A DNA stretch of 64,000 bases from NCBI GenBank assembly GCA_963847725.1, contig CAWKAT010000004.1:106627-170626 (forward strand), written 5' to 3'. A model generated the notes under the pieces. That model searched no databases, was not told the origin of the DNA, and saw nothing but the letters and a program-made list of their open reading frames with translations. A program made the position numbers and the translations under genes. Below are positions 1-11,152 of the stretch, in pieces (within the stretch, counting starts at the first letter, position 1; every line of letters starts with the position of its first letter). This stretch comes from an uncultured Acidimicrobiaceae bacterium. GTDB lineage: Bacteria > Actinomycetota > Acidimicrobiia > Acidimicrobiales > RAAP-2.

Positions 1-1169
1 GCGAGCGCGTTCTCGAAGTCGGCGAGGAGATCGGCGGTGGACTCGATACCGACCGAAAGTCTGATCAGCGCCTCGTTCGATTCTGGTGACCGTTGGTCTC
101 GATACGCGGGCTGACTGCTCCACATCGCCGACGGTCGCGAGGCAAGAGAGTGCACCGACCCCAAGCTGGCCGCTCGCGTCACAAGGCGCAGCGTGTCAAG
201 AATCTTCTCGGCCCTCTCCCCGCCGCCGGACGGTGCGAAGGACAGTAGTCCGCTGAAGCCGCTCATCTGCGAGCGGGCCAGCTCGTGTTGGGGATGAGTG
301 GAAAGCCCCGGGTAGTACACGTGGTCCACGTGGTCGTGACGAGCCAGCATGGTCGCCAGCGCCATGGCGTTGTCGTTGTGACGTTGCATTCGCACGTCGA
401 GCGTGCGGATACCACGAAGGAGCAGCCACGCGTCGAAAGGTCCGAGGACCGAGCCGACCGCCAAGTGGGTTCGCCACACCTTGTCAACGAGATCGTTCGA
501 TCCCGCGATGACGCCCGCCGAGACGTCAGAGTGGCCGCTCAGGTACTTGGTGGCGCTGTGCCAGACCAGGTCGGCCCCAAGGAGATAGGGCCTTTGGTTC
601 ACGGGTGTCGCCACGGTGTTGTCGACCACGACGAGAGCCCCGCGTTCGTGGGCCACCTCGGCGCAGCGACGTAGGTCGGTGAGAGTGAGGAGGGGATTGC
701 TCGGCGACTCCAGGAAAACCAGCTTGGTGGTGGGACGTATCGCCGCGGTCAGATCGTCCGGGTCGCCCTGTTCGAAGACGCTCGCGGTTACCCCAAACCG
801 TTCTAAGAGACCGGTGAGGAAGCCTGTGGTACCGGGGTAGGAAGTGCGCTGGAGGACCACGTGATCCCCCTGGGCGAGCAGGCTGAAGGCCATCGTCGAG
901 AGGGCGCCCATACCGCTGGCCGTGACGATCGCACGCTCGGTGCCTTCGAGACGGGCGACGAGTTCGCCCACCTGAGAGTGATTGGGGTTGCCGTAACGGG
1001 TGTAGAACGTATCGGTGAAGTCACGATTGGCCGCCTCGATGAACTCGTCGTTGGAGGGCGCGGCGAAGGTGGTTGCCTGGTATATCGGGGCCACCACCGC
1101 GCCGTCACGCGACTCGTGATCCCCGTGCAGGGCGATGGTGCCGGGATGATCTGCGGGGGAGTCGTTCAT
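1..1169 (-). CDS. Cys/Met-metabolism PLP-dependent enzyme (cystathionine gamma-synthase/gamma-lyase family); the last few C-terminal residues are cut by the window edge
   Basis: Absent from the ORF track because it has no stop inside the window. My own minus-strand translation from ATG 1169..1167 reads MNDSPADHPGTIALHGDHESRDGAVVAPIYQATTF ... DLVWHSATKYLSGHSDV ... [20 protein letters not shown] at position 1. The PLP-lysine codon at 548..546 is in frame with the ATG. The gene is divergent from metY-metX. Confidence 0.8.
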   Translation of the reverse strand, partial: MNDSPADHPGTIALHGDHESRDGAVVAPIYQATTFAAPSNDEFIEAANRDFTDTFYTRYGNPNHSQVGELVARLEGTERAIVTASGMGALSTMAFSLLAQGDHVVLQRTSYPGTTGFLTGLLERFGVTASVFEQGDPDDLTAAIRPTTKLVFLESPSNPLLTLTDLRRCAEVAHERGALVVVDNTVATPVNQRPYLLGADLVWHSATKYLSGHSDVSAGVIAGSNDLVDKVWRTHLAVGSVLGPFDAWLLLRGIRTLDVRMQRHNDNAMALATMLARHDHVDHVYYPGLSTHPQHELARSQMSGFSGLLSFAPSGGGERAEKILDTLRLVTRAASLGSVHSLASRPSAMWSSQPAYRDQRSPESNEALIRLSVGIESTADLLADFENAL

Positions 1170-1297
1170 GTAGTGAGTCTTAACGGTCGATACAGAGTGG
1201 TCAAATCTCCTCGGACGCTGTCACACGATGGTCACCATAGTTGACTACACCACTAAGAATTGTAGGATACCCAGAGCAACACTCCGCGTCAGAGTGA

Positions 1298-3747
<2,450 letters not shown>

Positions 3748-3788
3748 CGTGACGCCAGCGCACCCCGGCGGCGAAGTAAGTTTCCTTA

Positions 3789-4835
3789 ATGCGCCGACGA
3801 GTTACCATCGCCCTGGCGCTGGCCATCGCTTCGAGCATGTTCCTCGCGGTGGGGGCGCACGCCGACTCGACCACCACGACCACCGGCGTCACGTCAACCT
3901 CGACCACGACCACGACCACGTTGCCCACCACCACGACCACCAAGCCCCCGTCGCGATCGGTGGCGCCCCTCACCGGTCTGCCCTACCCGAAACGTCTTTT
4001 GAAGGACCGCTCGGCCCTCACCATCAAGATTGACAACACCCCCCAGGCCTTTCCCCAGTTCGGCATCTCGGAGGCCGACGTGGTGTACGAGGAGATTGTC
4101 GAAGGCGGGATCACCCGACTGGCCGCTATCTTCTACTCCCACCTTCCCTCGATCGTCGGACCGGTTCGTTCGGTGCGGCGCACGGATCGCGAGATCGTCT
4201 TTCCCATCGGGGGCATCTTCGCCTTCTCCGGGGGTGCGGAGTACGCCGTCAGGAGCATTGAGACGGCCCCGGTCAAGCTCTACGACCAGTTCAACGCCGG
4301 TGACACCATGTACCGTGATCCCACCCGGCCACCACCTCACAACCTTCTCGCGAACGCGATCCTGCTCATGGCGAAAGACGGCAAGCCTCGTCCGCCGCCC
4401 CCGCTCTTCACCTATCTCCGTGGCGCGCAGAAGTTCGAGGGTCCACCGGTGAAGGACTTTACGGTCGGTTTTGAGTCCGGCTACGCCGCGAGCTACGCCT
4501 GGGACTCAACGACCAAGTCCTGGGATCGGTCGATCTTTGGGGCGCCGGACGTCACGGCCGAGGGGGTGCGCGTCGCCCCCAAAAACGTCATCGTGATGAC
4601 GGTCAATTACGTGGGGGGAGTCGGCGTGATCGACTCCTACGCCCAACTGATTGGGACGGGTCCGGTCGAGGTATTTAGCCAGGGCCGCGTGGAACGTGGG
4701 ACGTGGTCGCGGGCCAACCTGCGTCACCCAGCTATCTACAGGAACGCCCAAGGCAAGATCATTAATCTCACCCCCGGCCAGACGTGGGTGGAGCTGATGT
4801 CCACCGGCGAGAGCGTGGCCGTGACGGCGGGATGA
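3789..4835 (+). CDS. secreted DUF3048 (YerB-like) protein with Thr-rich linker
   Basis: 348 aa. Signal peptide MRRRVTIALALAIASSMFLAVGAHA, followed by the tract STTTTTGVTSTSTTTTTTLPTTTTT. It then shows PLTGL ... IKIDNTPQAFPQFGISEADVVYEEIVEGGITRLAAIF ... GPVRSVRRTD, which matches the DUF3048 pattern. Confidence 0.75.
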   Translation: MRRRVTIALALAIASSMFLAVGAHADSTTTTTGVTSTSTTTTTTLPTTTTTKPPSRSVAPLTGLPYPKRLLKDRSALTIKIDNTPQAFPQFGISEADVVYEEIVEGGITRLAAIFYSHLPSIVGPVRSVRRTDREIVFPIGGIFAFSGGAEYAVRSIETAPVKLYDQFNAGDTMYRDPTRPPPHNLLANAILLMAKDGKPRPPPPLFTYLRGAQKFEGPPVKDFTVGFESGYAASYAWDSTTKSWDRSIFGAPDVTAEGVRVAPKNVIVMTVNYVGGVGVIDSYAQLIGTGPVEVFSQGRVERGTWSRANLRHPAIYRNAQGKIINLTPGQTWVELMSTGESVAVTAG

Positions 4836-4836
4836 T

Positions 4837-5619
4837 CTAGTAGCGGTCGCGTAAGGCGGCGAGGGCGGGCCGGCGACGGCGAAGAAAACGCACCACGCGA
4901 GCGTCGCGGAGCGAGCGGGTCCACGAGGCTCGTAACGTGCGCGAGTAGACCCAGCGAGTGCCCGCTCCGGTGCTGAGCCCCACCGCGAGGGCCGTCGTGT
5001 GTTCGACGGCGTCGAGACCGGGAGCCAGGAGCGCCGCGAGAAGGAGCCCGAAGGCCAAAACCATCGCCGATCGGTTCATTCGCAGTGCCACCAAGAGACA
5101 CGCGCCCACCGCGGTCGTGGCCCCGGAGGGGCCCGTGTCTAACAGCCGCGCCATGGCCGGTGCGAGTCCGAAGAGGGCGGCGTGGGGAGACTCGAGCAAG
5201 AGGCGCGCCAACAGCGTGGAGCCCACGTGCCCGCTCGCCGCGACCAGCAGCGTCACGCTGCGACCAAGGATGAGCTCGCCGAGTCCGATGACCACGAGCA
5301 GTTGAAGGACCGCTCCCCAGAGAGGGAGGTACGCCGTGGGGACGAACAGCGACATCGGCAATCGAATGAGTTCCGTCGTGACGGGCAGGGCGGCGTAGAC
5401 GTCCCCGGAGCGCCACAGTTCGGGGCTGAAAAGATGAAAGTGCACCATGACCGCGACGGCGATGGAGGCCAGTGCGAGAGAGAGACCGAGCCAGGGGCGC
5501 TTGCCGTTGGTCCAACCGAGTCGCGTCGCGAGCCAGAGGCGCGTGAACTCGGCGCGGAGTCCTCGACCGCGCGCCGCCACCTCGAGGGGGGTGGCGGCGC
5601 GAACGACCGTGGGCGTCAC
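4837..5619 (-). CDS. hypothetical polytopic membrane protein (weak rhomboid-like Ser/His features)
   Basis: 260 aa, GTG start, with several hydrophobic helices. The motifs AASGHVGSTL and AVEHTTALAVG loosely resemble rhomboid GxSG and H motifs. High GC3 and membrane-like composition favour this frame over the overlapping Arg-rich ORF at 4736..5794. Confidence 0.55.
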   Translation of the reverse strand: MTPTVVRAATPLEVAARGRGLRAEFTRLWLATRLGWTNGKRPWLGLSLALASIAVAVMVHFHLFSPELWRSGDVYAALPVTTELIRLPMSLFVPTAYLPLWGAVLQLLVVIGLGELILGRSVTLLVAASGHVGSTLLARLLLESPHAALFGLAPAMARLLDTGPSGATTAVGACLLVALRMNRSAMVLAFGLLLAALLAPGLDAVEHTTALAVGLSTGAGTRWVYSRTLRASWTRSLRDARVVRFLRRRRPALAALRDRY

Positions 5620-5759
5620 GGGAGTTAACCCACGCTTTCGGCGTCACACGACATAAGAAAACGGTACCGGGTAGTCGCTCCATCGTGACCGAGTGCTCGC
5701 GCCCCGTAGGGGAAGACCCCCGCGTTCGCGAATGATGCGTACTCGTTGAACGAGAGGTA

Positions 5760-6767
5760 CTAGTGCGTGCCCAACATGGCGCGAATCGACTCACGAAGTG
5801 AGTCCATGGTCGCGATCACGGCCGTCGGTTCGTACCCGCAGTGCGCCATGCAGTTGGCGCAACGCTCGTCGCGTCCGCGTCCGTACGCCGACCAGTCCGT
5901 CGTCTCGACCAGTTCTTTGTAACTGGTCGCGTAGCCGTCGGCCATGAGGTAGCACGGGCGCTGCCAGCCGAACACCGAGTAGCTCGGAATGCCCCACGCG
6001 GTGCACTGGAAGTCCTGCTTGCCCTCGAGGAAGTCGAGGAAGAGCGGCGAGTGATTGAGGCGCCAGCGCTTGCGGTGCCCGTCGGCGAAAGCCTCTTTGA
6101 ACAGCTCGCGCGTCTGTTCAACGCCGAGGAAGTTGTCTTGATCGGGTGCCTTCTCGTAGGCAAAGGCCGGCGAGATCATCATGGCGTCGACCTTGATGTC
6201 GTCGTTCAAGAAGTCAAGGACGTCGCGCACGGTCTTGGGCTGATCGGTGCTGAAGAACGTGGAGTTGGTGCACACGCGAAAGCCCTTGGCCTTGGCGGCC
6301 TTGATGGCGGAGACCGCCTCGTCAAAGACGCCGTAGCGATTCACCGCGAGGTCGTGACGCTCCTGCAGACCATCCATGTGAATGACCCACGAGAAGTAGC
6401 GCGAGGGCGTGAACTTGTCCAGACGACGCTCGAGCAGGACCGCGTTCGTGCACAGGTACACGTAGATCTTGCGCTTGATCAACTCAGAGACGATCTCGGC
6501 GATCTGGGGGTGCAGCAACGGCTCGCCGCCGGCGATGGACACCATCGGCGTACCGCTCTCCTTGACGGCGGTGAGCACGTCCTCCACCGAGAGGCGCTTG
6601 CGCAGAATCTCGGTGGGGTATTGGATCTTCCCGCAGCCCGGACAGGCCAGGTTGCACGCGAAGAGCGGCTCGATCTCCACGATGAAGGGGTAGTACTTGG
6701 TCCGCTTGATCCGATGCTTGATCAGGTAGGTACCGATGCGGAGATTTTGGCGAAGGGGGACGGCCAT
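5760..6767 (-). CDS. hpnH: adenosylhopane-forming radical SAM enzyme HpnH
   Basis: 335 aa. The N-terminus is MAVPLRQNLRIGTYLIKHRIKRTKYYPFIVEIEPLFACNLACPGCGKIQYP, which carries the CxxxCxxC radical-SAM cluster motif. A C-terminal Cys-rich region (CANCMAHCGYEP) is present. It lies next to shc, and its ATG overlaps the upstream stop (TAATG, 6765..6769). Confidence 0.9.
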   Translation of the reverse strand: MAVPLRQNLRIGTYLIKHRIKRTKYYPFIVEIEPLFACNLACPGCGKIQYPTEILRKRLSVEDVLTAVKESGTPMVSIAGGEPLLHPQIAEIVSELIKRKIYVYLCTNAVLLERRLDKFTPSRYFSWVIHMDGLQERHDLAVNRYGVFDEAVSAIKAAKAKGFRVCTNSTFFSTDQPKTVRDVLDFLNDDIKVDAMMISPAFAYEKAPDQDNFLGVEQTRELFKEAFADGHRKRWRLNHSPLFLDFLEGKQDFQCTAWGIPSYSVFGWQRPCYLMADGYATSYKELVETTDWSAYGRGRDERCANCMAHCGYEPTAVIATMDSLRESIRAMLGTH

Positions 6768-8263
6768 TACCGTACCCTAGTCGGAAGTGCGAAATGAACG
6801 GTCTCTTGCACGATGCGCTCCTCACTCAGGTGAACCGGTCCGAGCGAGGCCAACGAGCGAATAACGCCGTCCACGAGCATCTCGGGCACCGAGGCGCCGG
6901 CGGTGACGCCGATGCTCCTCGCACCTGAGAGCCAACTCAGTTCCAACTGGCTCACGTCTTCAATTAGTTCGGCCCGGCAGCCCTCACGCTGGGCGACCTC
7001 AACGAGCCGCGCGGTGTTGGACGAGTTGGCCGAACCGACCACCAGCATGAGGTCGCAACGGTGCGCGATGGAGCGGACCGCGTCCTGGCGATTCTGCGTG
7101 GCGTAACAGATGTCGTTGGTGCTCGGTCCCGTGACGTCGGGGTAGCGTTCGCGCAGGGCCTCAATGATCTCGGCGGTTTCATCGGTCGCGAGGGTCGTCT
7201 GGGTCAGGTACGCGACCGGTCGCGAGTCCAGGTGGAGAGTAGCGACGTCACCCACGGACTCCACGAGCTGGATCTGGTCGGGCGCCTCGCCGAGAGTTCC
7301 TTGGACCTCTTCGTGATCGCCGTGCCCGATCAGAACCATGTTGTAGTTCTGGGCGGCGTAGCGGCGGGCCTCGGTGTGGACCTTGGCGACCAGGGGACAG
7401 GTGGCGTCGATCACCGTGAGGCTCTCGCGCTCGGCGCCCTCACGTTTGACCTCGGGCGAGACACCGTGCGCCGCCAGGACGACGGTCGCCCCGTCGGGAA
7501 CCTCAGTGAGTTCTTCCACGAAGACGGCGCCCAACCCTTCGAGGCGTCGCACGACGTGCAGATTGTGGACGATCTGGCGGCGCACGTACACGGGGGCCCC
7601 GAACTGCTCCAGGGCTCGCTCGACGGTTTCGATCGCTCGCTCGACGCCCGCACAGAAAGAGCGCGGGGACGCGAGGATGATCTCGTGTTCGCCACACGCC
7701 TTCGCCCAACGCTCCAACGGCGCTCGCGTTTGAGCCAGGGTGCCGAGCGCGCGCAGACCCCCGCGCACCGGACCGCGCGAACTGGTGTCCGAGATGGCCC
7801 GCACCACGGCGAGGGGATTGTTGGGTAAGTAGTCCATGACCCAGGAGGACTCCATGTCGACCGCGAGGGCGCCCGAGGCGGCGAGCTCCGCACGATCGCC
7901 GGCTGAGACGTAGCTCGGTGACGTGACGAGGGGGCCGTGGTACACCGAGAAGCGGGCCCGTCGAAACTCGGCGCTGAGGAGCGACGACCCCGGGAGGTTT
8001 CGCGAGGTGCTCGACTCGGTACTGCGAAGTTCGCTCGCGATAATGACGTCACCGGGGGTGAGTTCGGGCGCGAGGCCCCCCGCCACCCCGACCAGGGCGA
8101 CGGCCGTGTGCTCGTTCAGTCGCGCGGCCAGTTTGGCCCCGGACTTTTGGGCCTTGTCACGGCCCGCTCCGATGATCGTGTCCGCGCCCCCGAAGGCGAA
8201 GGACTCGATGCGCAGGGGAGTGATGACTTCGAGCTCAGCCGTTGTAGTTCCCCCTCGTGACAT
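6767..8263 (-). CDS. fusion protein: N-terminal HpnG-like hopanoid-associated nucleosidase/phosphorylase domain plus C-terminal IspH (HMBPP reductase) domain
   Basis: 498 aa from ATG 8263. Residues 1-190 look like the PNP_UDP_1 family (VGVAGGLAP, ALAVDMESSWV). Residues from about 193 are a full IspH (ILASPRSFCAGVERAIE, DATCPLVAKVH, NDICYATQNRQ), so all three Fe-S cysteines are present. There is no stop or frameshift at the junction near 7690. Confidence 0.85.
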   Translation of the reverse strand: MSRGGTTTAELEVITPLRIESFAFGGADTIIGAGRDKAQKSGAKLAARLNEHTAVALVGVAGGLAPELTPGDVIIASELRSTESSTSRNLPGSSLLSAEFRRARFSVYHGPLVTSPSYVSAGDRAELAASGALAVDMESSWVMDYLPNNPLAVVRAISDTSSRGPVRGGLRALGTLAQTRAPLERWAKACGEHEIILASPRSFCAGVERAIETVERALEQFGAPVYVRRQIVHNLHVVRRLEGLGAVFVEELTEVPDGATVVLAAHGVSPEVKREGAERESLTVIDATCPLVAKVHTEARRYAAQNYNMVLIGHGDHEEVQGTLGEAPDQIQLVESVGDVATLHLDSRPVAYLTQTTLATDETAEIIEALRERYPDVTGPSTNDICYATQNRQDAVRSIAHRCDLMLVVGSANSSNTARLVEVAQREGCRAELIEDVSQLELSWLSGARSIGVTAGASVPEMLVDGVIRSLASLGPVHLSEERIVQETVHFALPTRVR

Positions 8264-10154
8264 AGCGTCCCAGTGCCATGAGCGGAAAGACTTGACGATA
8301 CAGGTGGTAGTTGATGTAGAAGTCACGCGGAAAGCCGGTGCCCGTGAACCAGGGCTCGTCCCAGGTGCCGTCGTCGCGCTGAGAGTTCACCAGGTAGGCC
8401 AGGCCGCGCTCGAGTGACAGCGACGTCTCACCGACGCTCAGCAGGCCGATCAGCGCCCATCCGGTCTGGCTGGCCGTCGAGGGTCCGCGTCCGCGATACG
8501 CCGGCTCGCGGTAGGAGCGCAGGTCCTCACCCCACCCGCCGTCCTCGTTTTGATGGGCTTCGAGCCAGGCCACCGCCCGACGGAGAGAGGGGTGGTTCGG
8601 CGAGAGTCCCGCCGCGACCAAACCGGGCATGACGGCACCGGTCCCATAGACGTAGTTCGCGCCCCAGCGGCCAAACCACGAGCCATCTTCTTCTTGGGCG
8701 TGCAGGAGCCACGTCACCCCGCGCTCGGCCGCCGCCCGTGCTTCGGGGCGGGTGCCCAGCACCTCGAGCACGTGCGCGGTCACGTCGGCGCTCGAGGGGT
8801 CGATCAGTTCGCCAAAGTCGCAGTAGGGCAGTTCACGACACAGCGTCTGCACGTTGTCGACGTCAAAGGCGGCCCAGCCCCCGTCGCGCGACTGCATACC
8901 GAGCATCCAGTTCAGGCCGCGACGGTCCGCCCCCTGCAGGGGCTCGGCCGTGCGTGAGAGTGCGAGGAGGACCTCGGCGGCGTCGTCGATATCGGGGTAG
9001 GTGTCGTTGTGGAACTCAAAGGCCCACCCGCTCGGCTCCAGGTCGGGTCGGCGCAGTGACCAGTCGCCCGGCACCGTGATCTCTTCGCTGAGCAAGAAGC
9101 GCGCCGCCGAGCGCAGCACGGGATCTTCGGGCGAGAGACCGGCGTCGGCGAGAGCGGTAACCGCCAGAGCGGTGTCCCAGACGGGGGACTGACAGGCTTC
9201 CAGTCGCCGGCCGGCGTCGTCTTCGATCGTGAATCCGTCCAGCCCCGAGATGCCCGCGCGCATGACGGGATGATCGAGTCCGTACCCGCGAAGGCGAAGG
9301 GCGATGAGTGAGTAGACCCACGGCGGCTGAATGCCGCCCCAGGAACCGTCGGCCTCTTGTCGTTGCAGAATCCACCGTTCGGCGCGGCGCAGAGCGGCGT
9401 TGCGCAGGAACTTGATGGGCCGCCGCTCGTAGACGTGCAGCACGCGGTCTACGGCCAAAAAGCGTCCGGCCCAGGTGCGAATCGACTCGCGCGGGCGACT
9501 GGTCCCGGTCTTGAGTTCATCGACGCGAAAACTCAGTTGGTGCGTGGGCCGATAGGCACTGACGATCGTCAGGGCAACGACGGTCTGTCGCGCCCAGCAG
9601 GCAAAGTCGTAGACGTTGAGGGGCACCCGTCGCGGCACGAAGACCAGTTCGGCCGGGATGACCGGCAACTCCGCCCAGGGCCAGAGGTCAAACATCGCGA
9701 GCCAGATGCGGGTGAAGGTTCGACTGCGCTCGATGCCCCCCGCACTGATGATGTGCTGGCGGGCGCGCACCAGATGCTCATCATCGGGCGAGTCGCCGGC
9801 CAGGCGCAGCGCGACGTAGGCCTCAATGGTGGTCGAGAGCTCGGGGGGACCGCCGAAGAAGTTGGCCCACGTACCGTCCTCGCGCTGGCGCGAGCGTATC
9901 CACTTGGCGGTGGCGTCGGTCTGCTCTTGGGTGCGGATGCCGAGGAACTCGCGCAGCAAGAGATCTTCCGCGTCCATCGTGACGTTCGTCTCGAGCTCGC
10001 CCTTCCACCAACCCTCTTCGCTTTGCAGCGCCACCAGCGCGTCGACCGCGTTCTTGAGTGAGTTCTTCACGTCGCGATCAAAAGACGGCGACGGCGCGCT
10101 CACGCCGTCCGCCCCGAGGTCGTCAAAGGTGCGGTGGACGTCAGACTCACTCAC
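8235..10154 (-). CDS. shc: squalene-hopene cyclase
   Basis: The catalytic DxDD motif is present (YPDIDDAAE). There are at least six QxxxGxW repeats (QREDGTW, QEADGSW, QSRDGGW, QEEDGSW, QNEDGGW, QRDDGTW). I trimmed the start to GTG 10154, which forms a GTGA overlap with the upstream stop. The track ORF extends to 10295 through an Arg/Gly-rich stretch. Confidence 0.92.
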   Translation of the reverse strand: MSESDVHRTFDDLGADGVSAPSPSFDRDVKNSLKNAVDALVALQSEEGWWKGELETNVTMDAEDLLLREFLGIRTQEQTDATAKWIRSRQREDGTWANFFGGPPELSTTIEAYVALRLAGDSPDDEHLVRARQHIISAGGIERSRTFTRIWLAMFDLWPWAELPVIPAELVFVPRRVPLNVYDFACWARQTVVALTIVSAYRPTHQLSFRVDELKTGTSRPRESIRTWAGRFLAVDRVLHVYERRPIKFLRNAALRRAERWILQRQEADGSWGGIQPPWVYSLIALRLRGYGLDHPVMRAGISGLDGFTIEDDAGRRLEACQSPVWDTALAVTALADAGLSPEDPVLRSAARFLLSEEITVPGDWSLRRPDLEPSGWAFEFHNDTYPDIDDAAEVLLALSRTAEPLQGADRRGLNWMLGMQSRDGGWAAFDVDNVQTLCRELPYCDFGELIDPSSADVTAHVLEVLGTRPEARAAAERGVTWLLHAQEEDGSWFGRWGANYVYGTGAVMPGLVAAGLSPNHPSLRRAVAWLEAHQNEDGGWGEDLRSYREPAYRGRGPSTASQTGWALIGLLSVGETSLSLERGLAYLVNSQRDDGTWDEPWFTGTGFPRDFYINYHLYRQVFPLMALGRYVTRGNYNG

Positions 10155-11152
10155 TGGTCTCTCTCCACTACGTAGCGCGCGATGACCGCCAGTTGGGTGC
10201 GGGGCGCATCGACCATCGAGACGCGCTCGAGCGCTCCCAGCGCGGCAGCGAGTTCCTTCTCCGCGAGCTCCATCGTCTCGTAGCGCGCGCCGCACTCGTC
10301 GAGAAACACCATGGCCTCGTGGACCTCGGCGTCGCTGAGTTCGTGATCGAGGGGAGTGGTAAAGATATCGAAACCTTTGGAGTTAGCAATCGAGATAGGC
10401 AGGGTCTTCTTGCGCAGGCGAAGGTCGTTGCCCACGGGCTTGCCCGTCACGGCCGGTTCGCCCCAGACCCCGAGCATGTCGTCCACGGCCTGAAAAGCAA
10501 AGCCTAGATGTCTGCCGTAGTCGGCCAGGGCGTCCACCACGGCGCTGTCGGCCCCGGCCAGCACGGCGCCGATGGACGCGGCGCACGACAACAGCGCGCC
10601 CGTCTTGCCCGCTTCCATGGCCAAACACTCATCGAGCGTCAATGACATCTTGTCTTCGGAGGCGATGTCCTGGGCTTGGCCCACGATCATGGCCTGGGTC
10701 GCGTCGGCCAGCCGACCGGCCGCGGCGAATCGTTCGGCGCTCGGTACGTCGAGCAGCAGTTGGAAGGCCAGCGTTGACAGGGCGTCGCCCGCGATGATCG
10801 CCGGTCCCACTCCAAACTTGGACCAGACGGTCGGGTGGTGGCGTCGTTCGAGGTCCCCGTCGATGATGTCGTCGTGGATCAGCGAGAAGTTGTGGATCAG
10901 TTCGATCGCCAGGGCGCCCGGCAGAGCGACCTCGTCGTCGGCGCCCGCGGCGTGGGCGGAGAGCAGCGCCAAGGTGGCGCGGACGAACTTGCCGCCGACC
11001 AGTAGGTGGTGGTTGATGAGGGGACTTAGCTCGTCGCCCACTCGCTTGGCCGCGGTCTCGAGCGCCGGCGCCACCAGTGCCTTTGCCCGAGTGAGGATGG
11101 CCAAAGCGGCCACTTCGTTCTCTTCGCGCGAGAGGGAGTTGGACAATGTCAC
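10151..11152 (-). CDS. trans-prenyl diphosphate synthase (FPP/GGPP synthase family, HopD-like)
   Basis: 333 aa. The first Asp-rich motif is LIHDDIIDGD and the second is FQAVDDMLGV. GTG start in a GTGA overlap with the hpnE stop. Confidence 0.85.
   Translation of the reverse strand: MTLSNSLSREENEVAALAILTRAKALVAPALETAAKRVGDELSPLINHHLLVGGKFVRATLALLSAHAAGADDEVALPGALAIELIHNFSLIHDDIIDGDLERRHHPTVWSKFGVGPAIIAGDALSTLAFQLLLDVPSAERFAAAGRLADATQAMIVGQAQDIASEDKMSLTLDECLAMEAGKTGALLSCAASIGAVLAGADSAVVDALADYGRHLGFAFQAVDDMLGVWGEPAVTGKPVGNDLRLRKKTLPISIANSKGFDIFTTPLDHELSDAEVHEAMVFLDECGARYETMELAEKELAAALGALERVSMVDAPRTQLAVIARYVVERDQ

Noticed and set aside
4736-5794. 352-aa same-strand ORF overlapping the 260-aa membrane protein and both flanking spacers
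   Set aside because: It has extreme Arg/Ser/Pro/Gly content. It runs across the hpnH stop and into the convergent DUF3048 gene. The alternative frame (4837..5619) gives coherent TM helices.
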